DNA of 64,000 nucleotides from Phoronis australis (lineage: Eukaryota > Animalia > Phoronida): NCBI GenBank assembly GCA_002633005.1, contig NMRA01000116.1, forward strand, positions 628,521 through 692,520. Direction: 5' to 3'. Both the position numbers and the translations under genes were made by a program. Below the pieces are notes generated by a model that ran no database searches, had not been told where the DNA came from, and saw only the letters and a program-made list of their open reading frames with translations. Below, one piece after another: positions 12,059 through 26,100 of the stretch (position 1 is its first letter; each line of letters begins with the position of its first letter).

Positions 12059-14824
12059 TGGGTCCATGTCTATGGCTGGATTCAGGAGTTAGTGTCTTCG
12101 TTCAAAACAAAAGTCAATCTGTGAGCCAATCCATTTACCTTTTGCAAAATGCCTTAATTTCAAATTTTATTGAGAACTATAATGTAAAAAAATGGAGTTA
12201 AGATAAGAAAAGGCTGGAAAGCATCATGTCTGCCTTTGAAACGTTCTAATAATTGTTTATCTTACAGGCTGTGGACCAAACCCTCAACTATCAGTGTTAG
12301 CATCCTGTGTCTGTGTACATTTCTACTATAGTAAATATCTCATAAACCATGATTCAAATAATTTACTAACCACATTAACTGCCACAATTAAAACATGACA
12401 TAATCATGCATTAATAATTCCACCTTCTATCACAAAAACCAGCTATCGATTTACACCGCTTTTAATAAAATTTGTCTCAAACTATTCCTCTCTTATTGGA
12501 GATGAGTCAGAGCTTTGAAAGAAATTACTTGCAGCCAGATATTCCTTGAGATTGGACTCTTAAAGTTGCCTTGTCACGGCAATCATGTAACTGTACGATC
12601 CAAACATGGTCTGAGCAAATAACAAAGTGTCAGTTCTTTGCAAACCAAGAAATTGCTTTTCATTTTAGTAAGGAATAAGTTGTGACCAGTTTAAAAGCAG
12701 TAAGTGGTCTGAATCAAGAGTTTGCTTCTTGGACGGAACTTGAGTTTACAGATACCAACATGAATCACGTGTAACATTCTATTTCAATCAGTTTCATCGA
12801 TTCTCCAAAATGCTTTAAATTTTTTCTTCTATTCCCAAAGTTTCATTATCTTGTATTTGCAGCAAGGTCAGTCGCAGCACCAAGCAATCAATTGTAAAAA
12901 AAACAGAGGCGACACATCTTCAAAGGAGCACTTGTATTCTAATCAATCAAGTAACTTCGATTTTCTGGATTTGAGCTCAAGTTTTGATAATGTCAGTCAA
13001 CAACCAGGCCTATTCATAGAGCTACAAAAGGCTTCTGATGTATTCTGCGGCTGAGAAAATCTTTTCATACCTATAGACCACAAATTCTACCACTGTGTTA
13101 TTTTAAAGGGACACTGCCTTAATACTCACAAGTTAAAATACAGACAATGATTTGAATCATCGAGCAGATAATCCAGAGCATTGGCAATTAACCAATGGCA
13201 GCCAACCCTGCTTCGCATCAATCGTTTTTAAAAGAAGTATAAAAGCTAAGACTACTGAGAGTGTATTTTCGCAGCCTTGTTCACCTATCCTTTTTTACAA
13301 GATCACGTGGAGTGTTAGTGAACGTCACTCTTGTCTAGCATCGAGACAAATCTGGCATGGATAAGACTCTTTATAAGACTAATTAATAACATATTAGGCC
13401 GTGTTGAAAATTTCACATTGAAATGGGACTTGCTGAGCTCAGCATCTCATCACTGTATGACTTCCAACCCACCAAGGAATGTCCTCCGTGAAATAGACAA
13501 AACTACTTAATGCTGCTTTTACAAGCTCAAAGAATAAAGTACTTCACCTACATGAGTGTTTATCACGTTATAACGACATGAGATGATGGACACCGTCATT
13601 AATTCAGGTGAGGTGAGGTACTTGATGTGCAAATTATAAAGTAAAACCTTCTGGACACTCACTGTAATATTTCTCTTGCTGTTGCCGAGTCGCCTGGCTC
13701 CTTCACTGGACAGAATTATGATTGAATAAATCATGCATAAATACCATCAATTTCTGCTACTGTTCCTGGACAACAACTCGTACAGCCCTGGACCACGAGT
13801 CAGAGAAATTAAATCTGACAACGCCCATCTATTCGGGATGGTATTCACCCCCACAACCTCTGCAACACCTCGCTCAAACCAAGAACTCAAGCACTATATG
13901 TTTTCGGTCTCAAATAAGTGTCCCGTGTCAGTAAGGTGTTCAATTAATCTAGGGTAAAAAGTTTCAAATTTGGGAAAAATATTTACTAAAAATACCCATA
14001 TTTCTATTTTTCAGAGGCTTACCATATTGTTGCAAATGCTCAGAATTTTACCAAATGTTGTTTGGTAATAGCTATGTCATGCAAACCATACAAAAAGTAA
14101 CATAAATTTTCCTGAAAAGTTATTTTTGTTGAGAAATTTGACAAAACGAAATTTCATCTGACCACCATATTGTGTCCCAAGCTGAAAATTGTCTGACGTA
14201 CTCACATTTGCCCTGCGGTGCTGAGTCGCAGGCTTTTTGACCAGCTGTTCTATTAGTGGAATGGGGTAGCACATTTTTTGTGATGGTAAAAAATATAAAG
14301 ACTCCTAGATAGATGAGGCGGAACAGCTGCTCAGAAAGTGCATGTCTCAGCACCGCAAGGCAAATGCTGATGGTTTTAACTCCACAGTGTTCGAATGACT
14401 TAGTGTCACGGGACACTCAGTTGAGAAAACAGACATGAGGATTAAGGACATGAAGAGTTCTTAGTTTCAGCGGGTTTCAGAAATGCTGCATGGGTGAAGT
14501 CGAGAATCTCTCCCTGAATAGACATAACAGTGTTGCCGTACTCATTTTAAAGGGGCCTGGCGCTGTCACCTTGGAACACCAGCAGAGGGTGAGTCAATTT
14601 TTGCAGGAAACAGTCGGCTCTCAATCCCCAGTTGAAGGAAACGTGTGACTGTGTAACATGGAGAAACAATACGGGAATTTAAGTTTCCTAAAGACTTCTT
14701 TATCTACAACTTGCACATCATGACCTTGAATAAGGCTTCATTAATTATAGTGTTAAAATCAGAGACAATCATTGGTTAAGAACGTGACTGAAAATATTAA
14801 ATATGACAAAACAGATATAGCCTA

Positions 14825-15010
14825 ACCATAGAAAGACCCACCTTTAGAAACATCATGGCTTGGGGGTACTGGGGAGACCATAGGACTCACCTTTGGAACT
14901 GTCATGGCAAGAGACACTGAGGAAACCATAGAAAGATTCACCTATAGAATTGTCATGGCAAGAGACACTGAGAAGACCACAGAAAGACTCACCTTTAGAA
15001 TCATCATTAC
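14825..15010. repeat. Degenerate tandem repeat, about 50 bp x about 3.7
   Basis: accatagaaagactcacctttagaa..gtcatggcaagagacactgag units. Confidence 0.85.
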
Positions 15011-17379
15011 AACAGACAGTACTAGGACAGCAAAGAACAACAGCTTAGTCAGAGTGTTGATCTCCAGATCCAGTAGTCCAACCTGAAACCAAAAGTTGGA
15101 TACTTAAGGCACATGTACTGTTGAATACCCGACAAGATAGATTGTTTATGATCTTGAATTCATTGCATTCAAGTAGATGAAATAAAACCTTGTGATTGCA
15201 GTTTAATGTACTAAGAAACTGTTTGAAAGAATAACTGGTTCCAAAGTACACTGTCTTAAAGTTGCAATTTGTCCCGTTTAACCAACTAAATAAAGGAAAA
15301 TTAAATTAGGCCTTTTACTTTATTCATAAAATTGGTCTCATAATGTTCCTTACCACGACAAGATTCCATTTCTGTTACCAACAAGAATTTCGAAACTAAC
15401 AGTGAATCAAGAAAAAATCCAGGAGGCGTTTAATGAGGTTGACCAACCCTAAAATTGTGAATTCAAAAATTGTGCATGTAGGCATCCCCTATGACTTGAA
15501 TTGGCACATTGAGACCATCAGTGACTCAAGAAAATGCTTTGGAGTTCATTGGGGTTAATCAACACAATACATAGTCACTTAGGGGGTATCGTATTTTGAG
15601 AAACAGTTTGTCGCCTGTTACTCATTACAGAAAACGGATTCTCAAAATACGGGAACATTGTAAGTGACTGCAGAAATAGAATCCTACAAGAGTAAGGAAT
15701 TTTATGAGTCCTAATTCAATTTCTGTTTTTAGCCAGCTAAACAGAGTGAAACGCAGCCTTAGTTACATGCAATGATTTGACAACACCAAAAGTAAGTATT
15801 CAGGTTAACACTAACACTGTACAAATTCCACTTTCAGAGTTTTAAAAATAAGTCGCTACTTCAAGTTAATATCTCGTTTTTGTTTTCACTAACTAAATGG
15901 TAAATGTCCACCTATTGCATGTTGTTTCAGATTTGATTTTGAAAAAAACAATTATTGTCATCGATATGAGAAAGTATTACAGGTGCTGCTACCTGTTGGT
16001 CATGTCATGTCATGTCACATCACGGTCATATGCATATACCCTTAATTGAATTTTGTGGGTGTTGGCAGCAAATTTTCTTTAGCTATAGCTATACTGACTG
16101 AGTAAGTTTTCTTAATCTGACATCAACCGGGGCAGTCAATAATTGTCCGTAACTTGTGTGACAATAGGCACACCAGCAGACTACAAATTACTCTGCACTG
16201 CTGGCTAGGGGGTCAAATGGATCAGCTTGAATGCTAATTTTTCAAGGAAAATTGGACTCTTTATCGTTATCTTTATAAATGTATTTTTAAGAAGATTTTC
16301 ACTGCAATCTGTGAAATAATTCACACCTAATGCCATAGTGTTTTTGTTGAGTATTGATTATTAGAGTAATTTGATACTTTCATAGCAAGTCTAATAAATC
16401 GGTGTTTGGCTTGCAATGCGTAATAAGCAGGGCAGACTTAATCATTGATACTACCACAAAACTACGGTTGCCCGCAAACCTTGGTACAAATCTGACGTTC
16501 TGTCATATATAGTTAGCCGACTAGATAGTCACCGACTAGATGAATTGATTGCGGTCTCAACAAAACCAAGTTAGGTCAGTAGCTACATGAATATAGTAAC
16601 TGTTGCTACCAAAACCCTGGGTGAGGTTGGCAGCTGAATAAGTCGGTAGTATACCTTCAAGTCAGTTTAAGTGTCGATGAACACAAGATCACCAATGTTC
16701 AATAGCCTGACGACGTTGGTCGAGAAGTACTTTACAAAAAATCAATGATGTTGAATTAGCTGTTAATGGAACTTACCGATGTTAAATTTGCTTACAAAAC
16801 TTGAGCTTAATGGCCACAAAACTGGCACACACTAATAGATCATGCGCATTTTTTTTTTTCTAGTGCTACTTTGCTTAGTTTCATAAATATAGCAATCTCC
16901 TACACCACCTGACTGTAATCAAAATTAAGTGGTCAAAACAGATGGAACAAAAGACTGACTGCACTGAATATCCTTGGACTTAAATTGTTCTATATCGCTC
17001 TGGCAGCAGGAAATTAAGTGATAATATCACTGTTGCTTTCACAAAGTGAAACATAAAGTAGCTTCGTTATTGTTTACACCTTATTGTGGAAAGTACAAGA
17101 AGCTTGGTTCCTATCAGACGTCTAGCACAATTTCTGAGCGTGGCTCGACGGTATTTGTTCTTCCATTATGAGCACAGGCAAAGAAGAATTACCATTACTT
17201 TAAACTCTACGCACCAGGAGGAGGCTTCTTTGGTATTTTACCACAAGGTGTGCACAAAATATTATGGAATCAACAATTAGACGCAATCAATTGAGAAATT
17301 TCTCTGCAATTTGATTGGTAACATAGAGTCAGGCAAACACTGGAATCAACTTCGAGATAAAATTACCGACAATGAAATA

Positions 17380-17617
17380 CAGTAAAATCTCACCAATTTC
17401 GGACAAAAATTATTGCCGAAATTGGTCTTTCTTCATGTTTCAAACACTTCTAATATTGTTTTGAATGTCCACAGTTGCTGGAAACATTGTCTGGAGGTAG
17501 CTATGACGTAGACATTTAAAATGGTGTAGCATTTATTTGGTGCTACTTATCTTGCATTAAAAAAATGAAAACATAAATTTTACTTGTCTGCCATAAATTA
17601 GTGAGATTTTACCACAG
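17380..17617. mobile_element. MITE family with related pieces at about 1-160, 10790-10950, 27185-27350 and 34060-34315
   Basis: TA-CAGTAAAATCTCACCAATTT / AAATTAGTGAGATTTTAC termini; shared atggcrgacaagtgaaa and tagcaccaaataaatg segments. Confidence 0.65.
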
Positions 17618-19801
17618 CTGGATAAACACCATCCCGGGCTCCTTTTTCAGGAGTAAAAACTGATCATTCCACAAGTCATTTAAATATTAAATTAGGCTGC
17701 TTTTACAAATACACACCCATGCACACACGCACACAAACACGTCTAACATCAGACATTAAATAACCAAGTTGAACATAATTCAAAAGCCGATCAGTATTAT
17801 TAGATTGGTGTCGCCCTCTAACATGTTAACTAGCAACTAGTTTCAGCACAACAGTCTAATTAATTAAAAACTCTTCTGAATTGCAAGTAAAAGTGCTGCG
17901 CAGATTGCTTTTCACGTTCTATCTGACGTGCATGTCAAACAGAAACAGATTTTAAAAAACTTTTCTGACATTTTCTGTTGAATACAATGTTCCATTTACA
18001 CTTAACAAATGCAGTCTCTTCAATTCGTCAGAGTCAGAAGATTCATCGGGTGGCAGTCTATACAATAACTGTCCTAAGCTCACTGTAACCAGAAAAATAA
18101 ACAAATTCTATGATAGGGGCGTCATATTCAAGTCACAAACACAATTTACATACTATATGATAGTCCAGGGACCCCGTTCTAAGAAAATTGTCAGTCAATT
18201 TTAAGAAAAAAAAAACTTTGTCTCTAGTTCGTTTGACTTAACTTTTATCATAATTTGACTAACTTACCGGATGTGGGAGTTTCAAAGCTTGGAAGTTAAG
18301 ACAAATCTTAGACTTATAGCAACAATGAACTTAAGTCAGTTTCTTTGTCTAGTTAAAGACATCGTCACGGACAATCTATTTACACACCAGAGCATTTTTG
18401 CAATAACTGAAATGAGAACAAGTATATTTTGCTAATGTTAAACTTTGGTCACTGAATAAAACGCTTTTTTTTCCCAATTTATTTTTAAGGCGACAGATAG
18501 TACGTTATTCACATAACACTCGAGCAATTCACCACCCACTGCAGAAAATTTGTAAGACTCACTCCATGCCTGTCACTGAAGATCTCTGATTTGATTATCT
18601 AAAGTTAGCAACTTTAAGCCAGGACGCTGGCTCAATTCTAGTCATACAAAATGTGACCTCTGCAATATCCCATTTCAGGGAGTAAGCAGGAATGTGCCAC
18701 TGAGGCCAAAAAAACTTGCAACAGAATGGAAGAAATAGACTCACAATAATGTTGGGGAGAACCAAACCACAGAATACACATTTCTGACATTCCACAGAAC
18801 CAGGCTTGGTTACCGGTGTGTTTAAATATACAAGGTGTGAGGTGCACCAGCATGTACTTTCTTGATCACATTAGGTAATTGATTTTAAGTAATAATTAAA
18901 TGCTCTTAAGTAATTAACACTGTAGTGCAGAAAGATTACACTCGAGTCAATCATCTGAAATCTCCTGTTGTATTGTAGCTGTCAGTCTAAAGAATGCCAT
19001 GTACGAGACAGCATTAACACGCAACGGATGAATGACTAGTACATTTGTTGCTTCACTGACTGATTGGTTTACTGAATTTCACATTTGTCTTCACTCTAGA
19101 ATTCCGTTCAAGAACCAATAATTTACAACTCGCCATCAATAGCGTGTATTGATTCGCGTGGGATGGGAACTTACATTAGTCTGCTAATTAAGTATTTGAT
19201 ACACTGAAAGGACAGTGGCATTAAAAAGCCATCAACCCATTTCCAATGCTGCCAGCGCCACTTCTGGCTATAATCATTTCAAAACAAATATCTCTTGTTT
19301 GGTTTCAACTCCAGACGACACAAGTTTCCAAGCCCACATATCAATCTAGTCAATTGTTAAGGATTTGTGCAGTCTTTTTACGCATCACAACGCGTACACC
19401 AATTATTTACCATAATCAATACAAAGTCAGACAAACACATCCATCCCAATTAAAACTCGGGTAAACAAACTGAATCCAATAACATCGTTTTTCGCTAATT
19501 TTTAAATTATTTCTTCGAGGGGAATGACCTTCAGGTAACTTTTTACGATTCAGAAACCATTCAGCTAAAAAACACAATATTAGTTTCAATGCAACTGATT
19601 TCAGCCAGCGTTTTATTACTGCCAAATAATCACTAAAGCGTAATTGCCTAGCTCAACACAAAAGGAACTTGGATCAGTGCTCTTGATTAAAGGAGAATTG
19701 AAGATACCACCGGTTCTTGTATGAATCTATAGACAAAGTACGGGTGGAATTTTTAATGACTGTAGACCTGATTGGATAGTTTCTGAGCTTGAGGGTCATC
19801 A

Positions 19802-19806
19802 ACACA

Positions 19807-19838
<32 letters not shown>

Positions 19839-19846
19839 CACACACA
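19802..19846. repeat. Compound microsatellite (CACG)n(CA)n
   Basis: Directly visible. Confidence 0.95.
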
Positions 19847-19973
19847 ATGTTGCCCATAGTAGCAGGTGAAGTCAGGGTTACGTCATTTCACAGTCGGCTC
19901 ACCTTGTTCACAACGTTTTACTGGAGTCTCTGAGCACAGGAAACAAATTAAACATCATTATTTTCCAACTCAC

Positions 19974-20123
19974 CTTACTAGTTGGTTGAGCAGTGTTCAT
20001 AACACTACGTGTCTCAGAGCCGGTATAAATAACCACGCCCACAGCTGTGCCGGATGCCACAACAGTGTTGGCCCATAACGTGTTTTCCATATTCAATGAA
20101 TCTTCTATTCCATGTACATCAGT
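19974..20123 (-). CDS. ATP9B: ATP9 exon (last one visible in the window)
   Basis: tttcag|ACT...AAG|gtgagt, 150 nt; [50 protein letters not shown]. Confidence 0.96.
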
Positions 20124-23100
20124 CTGAAAAACAAGGACCAATCGCAACTTTCAGACATCTTACGATCAACCACCAACAAAATTTCTCTAAGATTATCAAA
20201 GCAAGAATTATGGTTTGGTAGCAGCCCTTCATTGACACAAACTTGGTTCAAGGCACTGACTGTACTTTTTGCTAGACAGCTTAATATATACTGGTTCCTG
20301 TTCTCTAGACAGTCTCCTACCTTCTGGCATGCAATTGTGAAGCAAATCACGAAGAGACATAACGGAAGAAATGAAATAAACAGTGAGATAAACAGTCACA
20401 CAGTTGGTAGAAGGGAATACAAGCAGAGAGTACGTAACACACGATAGGATGCCCACAAGCCTAACGGAACAGAGACAGCTACTGTAACAGTAAACAGCAG
20501 CCTGTGAGCTACTCATCAACACATTTTTATCTAACTGATCAACAGAGACTATTAAAAATAATTAAATGAGCTTATGATGTAACAGAAAGTTTTACAAAAA
20601 TTTTTGTTTTTTATTCAATTCGTACAGCCTTGCACAGACTAAACTGAAATATAATGGACAGTGTTACATCAACAGTTTTTCAGGTGATTAAGGGTAACAG
20701 CTAAAGGTCTGCTGCTTGATTGGAGTCATGTGACACTTTTGCGAAAATACACGTCTGTCGTTACTGTACAGCAATTTTAAACATTCAGCAGTTTTCAACA
20801 CATGTATTACTGACTCTAAAAAAACCTTATTCCTTTATCATCACTTGTACAGTACAAAGAGCGAAACAACAGTTTTTTCAACTAACATCAACGCATGGAG
20901 ATTTCAAAGTCAAGTATTAAGAATAACGTTTAAACAAAATTACCGATCATTGAAAGCAGTGTGGCAAACAAAAACATCGTGTTTACCACAGATGGCTAAT
21001 AATAAGTAAAAAGTAAACATCGGCAATTCATATTCAAGGATCAAATGAAAATTTCATTAACAATAAGAGTTACATGTTTCTCATAATTCACGGGGTGTAT
21101 TGTACACAACACAGTGTTGATATGTAACCGCAATATGCATCACATGCAACACAGTGTTAATAAGAACACACCTAGTGCATTGCATACAACAACGAGAGTT
21201 GACATGTACACACCTGTTGCTTCGCATACAACACTGAGCGTTGATATGTACACACTTGTTGCTTCGCATACAACACTGAGCGTTAATATGTACACACTTG
21301 TTGCTTCGCATACAACACTGAGCGTTGATATGTACACACTTGTTGCTTCGCATACAACACTGAGCGTTGATATGTACACACTTGTTGCTTCGCATACAAC
21401 ACTGAGCGTTGACATGTAAGCACCTGTTGCTTCGCATACAACACAGTGGGGCGCTTGTGTTTTCAATTATTTCCCAAGTGATCCACAATTAAGAAACTTA
21501 TTGAGTATACGAGATGCAGTGCTTAAGTCATCAAAAAATTGGCAAAAGGAACCCGACAAATATTGAGGGGCACAGCAACAGGCAGATTCCTCCAGGCTAA
21601 GTTTGAGCTTTTGATCATTTCGACCATTCGTTCGGTCAATCAGCTACCAGTTTTCACCCAAAACGGGCAGATTTTGAAAAAATTCCAGAAGCACTTTGAA
21701 ATGGGTCATTATTGCGACTTATTGACTCCATTATGATGTTTTATAGCGCCATAATCTTTCTAAACCATGATAAATGAAAAAAACATCAAACAATTACCTG
21801 CGAATAACAGATTGGTAACAAGTACACTGGCAAAATTATGGTGATTACCTCCCCTTTAGTGTTTTACCACCAATATGCAAATTAGGCAAGTCAGGTGACC
21901 AAAATGAGTTGTGGCCTGCATCTGAACAATGACTGATAACGGGCGTTTTAAGCACATGGCCAAGTGGAGACTAACTTAGACTGGTAATAGGACTGGAGAC
22001 ATTGTGAAATGGCCACTAGGGGGCACACAATATGCCAGAGGAGACATTGTGGCTCACTGGTTAGAGCTCCGGACTCCCACATGGGCGACAAGGGTTCAAA
22101 TCCTGGCTTCACTGGCTGACATTCAAGCATTGCACAAAGGTGTGTCTTATTCCTCTGAGCTCGGTCTTACTAGTGAATTTATGCAAGGGAGTGAATGAGA
22201 ACCTGGATATAATGCGCAAGCGATTTCTGGGGCTGTGGTCATATTAAAAATTAAAGTAATAGGAAAGGATGTAATGATTGAATATGTAAAGGATCACAAA
22301 CATCAGAAAGGCCACAGTTTATTGACAGGTAAGTCTAATTGATTAGGCTTTCTGGGTCATGGTGCCCAGATAGCTATGTAACATAGGCAGACCCAGGGGG
22401 AGAGAAGTCACGGGGGTCCATCCCCCCTCTTCCCTTGATATCAAATCTAGAATTTTCAAACTGTTGACATGGACCCCCTTTTTAAAAAATCCTTGATTCG
22501 ACCTCCCCTTTTAAAAAATTCTGCATCTGCCCCTGAGTAATATTACATTTCATTCAAGCCGCCAGGACATCGGATGTCGCTATTAATGATCTGAACAAAT
22601 ACACCCAACTGAAGCAACTGATCATATGCGAGCAGACCATGGTATGACATCAAAGCAGGAACATAAAAGCCAATCTAGCAGATGAAGAAATTAGAGGAAA
22701 CGAGCAATAATGATCGCATAAAAGATTTTCAAAAATTTCTAAAAACAAAGTACCTATACATACCCGGGTAAATGTACCAATAAAACTATGAATGTCCATT
22801 TGTGGCTTTTCAGCAAAAACTTCAGCTTCAATATCCAGAAGATCCTGAAAAGGCAAGATACGTATCACACAACATAAATACAACAGCGCCACCTATTGAG
22901 CAAAATGGAACTAACATGCTGCAATAGAGAAAAATACAAACAACAATGAACTGAACTTGTTTTTCAAAAGTTGTTCTAAAAATGTTCAAAGCGAAACAGG
23001 AAATTTCTGAATTTTTGAAGTTTTCTCTCTTTTAGTGCAGACTAAATTACAATTAGGGTCACAAAGAAGTATTTGTCACGTTGATTAATAGATCAGTGAA

Positions 23101-26100
23101 GGACAGTTTAGGGTGCTGTTGGATGACGGCAGGCGCATTTGAGAGATTGAGTCCTGGATTGGCTGGCAGAGTACGACCATTGCATTCCTTGAGCTCAGAA
23201 TTAATCCCAGTGTGTGGCGGAATGAACATGGTGCTAATGTTGAGGGCCTCATGGAAACCAGCGCCCAGCACTGAGAACACAAAATGATGCTGCGGAAATC
23301 TTGTTTGAGAGTAAAGTCCAAGTACTGGTATTTTCAACTGATCCAGTTACAAAACAGAAAGAGAACTAAGAATGATGATCACACCCGACCTATGAGGAAT
23401 AGACAGAACACAATGGCTGATTTACATGTCCACCCCAAAGATAGCTCCACTAACCATGTCAGATGGTAATCTCTGCGTTGAGCCAATGGCAAGTCTCAAC
23501 TTCCAGTCAGTTTCACCATCCAACTGGTCAGTACGTATGAAACAAGCACCCATCTTCTCTGTTGTTCTCAGAAACACCATGTCTGCTGGTACTCGCTGGT
23601 CCTGCGGAAACAAGAAAGTACTTAATCTCAGTTAACATCTTCACAAAGGCATCAATACCAAGTTTAATTGGAGATTATTCAACTATACTGTGACATACAT
23701 TCAGGAAAATAAGTCAAAATTTTGAGCATGCTGCTGCAACAATCGCAGGTCCGAACTGTTAATAATTTTTAATCAGAAAGCACAACAATCATTATTTAGC
23801 TGTTATGGTCTATTTTATTTGACACTGAGAATGTAGACGGGTAAGACAGTATGCAGGAGTCTTAACAATATGCTAACATGTTGAAAGTATGCAAGTAGTG
23901 GTTGGTAACACTTAAATTAATGTCAGTAAAAATTGCTTGATGTCGACGGTAGTGTCTCTATTGGGTTCCTTTCATTCCCTTACCCCACTTCATTAAAGAG
24001 TACAAATCAGGGACAACCTGTTTTACAGGCACTGTCACAGTGGGGCTGGGGGAAGCTGGCCTGACTTGAGAGGTGTGGCAAAGTGAAGGCAACTTGCTGA
24101 CATGTGAGGCACTAGACAGGGGCACAAAGGATTTAGTACTATACTTTAAACTTTCAGGTTAAAACCCTGGGCACTTAAATTGGTGAACTTGGCAATCAGA
24201 AGAGGGGAGGGGGGTAGTTGCATAACCCAGAGATGGGCACTTAAATTTGAAATTTCAAGAAATTGGGGGTGGATGCTCGCCAGACATGGACGCATAACTT
24301 GCACCAGTCACCCCAACCACCTATGAACTTGGAAATCGAACTCTACACACCCAAGTCTAAGAGAAGCTGCCCGTGTGTTGAATTGGTGCATGTATTCCAA
24401 TAGCTTGAAAAAGTACAAAATTCCAAAACTGAGCTGCCATATAAAAGTCATCAAAGTCTGTGAACATGGAAAGTCAGATACATTTAAGACAGTGTACCAA
24501 CCTAGAGGAAGCATATTTTTGTTCAGAGTTCAAATTTTTATGCAGGATTGAAAAACCTCCAGTAAAAAAACTTCGGCGAGGAAATGTATGCCGTTAGTGA
24601 TGCAGTGTAATGATACAGTTCAAATTTCACAAAAAGAAAAGTCTTCTGTTGGTTACGTATTCAATAATTAGTTTTGCATGAAATAAAAATTCACACGGAT
24701 TTCCATTATCTAAATACGTGCCACGTTCTAAAAAATTGATCAGCCAAAAGAATGTCATGTGACCTTGAAATGACCAACTTCGAACTGATAAACAAGACTG
24801 GGATTCGGCTATTACAACTGCGAGAAACGAATGGTTCTTTTAAAAAACGAAATTGTTGTAGCGTAGAACGAAAGGCTGAGTCTGACTAGTTTTGTTAAGT
24901 GTCAACTTCAACAACACACGATGATTTTAATTCAGTATAAAAGCCGCAAACAGGTTACGATATCCTTGACCATCAAACGGGCTCCCCGTTGTAACTTCAT
25001 TGCGACATGAAGTTGATCAGGTTTCTGCATTTAAAAGCACACTATACTATTTTGAAAATCAGTTCCATGAAGCAAATTATGACTGAACAACAGTACCAGC
25101 AACGAACGGTTAACTGAAAACTGTTACAATTACAGGGTAAGCAAGTAGTGGATGTTTAATCCAAAAAATTTCAAAAAGGGTTGGACGCTTACATGAACAT
25201 GGGTGTTAACCCGAATGTTTACGGTAAGTGAGTAACATACTACATAATAACCTTTTCAACTAGAATAAGATCGCCCACACATATTTCCGAGCTAGGAACT
25301 TCGACAATGCCCTGTCTCTTTGTGAGTTTCTTGAACTTCTGAGAGTTGACCTCCTTGTCTCTTCTGAACCGACGAAAATCATCAAGAGCCTCCCGACACA
25401 TTGTGACAAAAATAACAAATCCCTGAAAAAGAGATTCTTTAAATGTTATTTGTGCCAGTTACTCGGTTGAAGACATCATGAATGAGTACCAATCACAGTA
25501 ATTTGTGATGACTGAAAAGACCCTAATTTTACTTTTCAAACAAAGATACCTTCGTTACTTAGGACTAAATTTCTTAAATCACTTTTAAAGTATTAACAAT
25601 AGACCCAAAAAACTACATATTTTTAAGCCAATTCATTAACAGGTGAAACTTTCTCATTTATCCGCATGTCAACTCAGTGACTAGCTATCTCCATCACCAG
25701 CCAGCTATATCTGCTCCACACTAGGTGCACCTACTGTCTCACGTTGTTCTGAAACAATTTACAACACCTGATTTGGCAGTAATGTAAAGAGGGGGTCTAT
25801 TTTACAAAAAAGAGACTTGGGACTTAAGGCAGAAATTTGGCCTTACACTCCACATAACTATTTCTGAAAAATTATTACACTTTAGGAAAAGAACAAAGTA
25901 TCGGAGAATATTCATGACACATAACTGCTACTTACTAGGCAAATTAGTACAAATTATTTCCAAAATAACATGGTTAAACCTTTATGTTATAATTGTAAAG
26001 AGTGAGCGAAAGACCAAATTTCTTGAATCCTAAGTCACTTCCATGAAACAGACTGTAGGTATAAGAGTCTCTTACCAGCGGTCCCCAGTAGGTATACAAG

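Larger units (their letters stand above)
1..19973 (-). other. Very large ATP9 intron (at least 19.97 kb, open to the left)
   Basis: The expected next exon (VGLLDLE.N.LTK-like, then SLRVNLDMGK and DKTGT) was not found by eye anywhere in 1-19973. The other ATP9 introns here are about 0.6-2.6 kb. Confidence 0.75.

Noticed and set aside
21081-21488. Cys-rich repetitive ORFs ([14 protein letters not shown])n resembling metallothionein or keratin-associated proteins
   Set aside because: By-product of a 42-bp (multiple of 3) minisatellite open in several frames, inside an intron, with no splice support.
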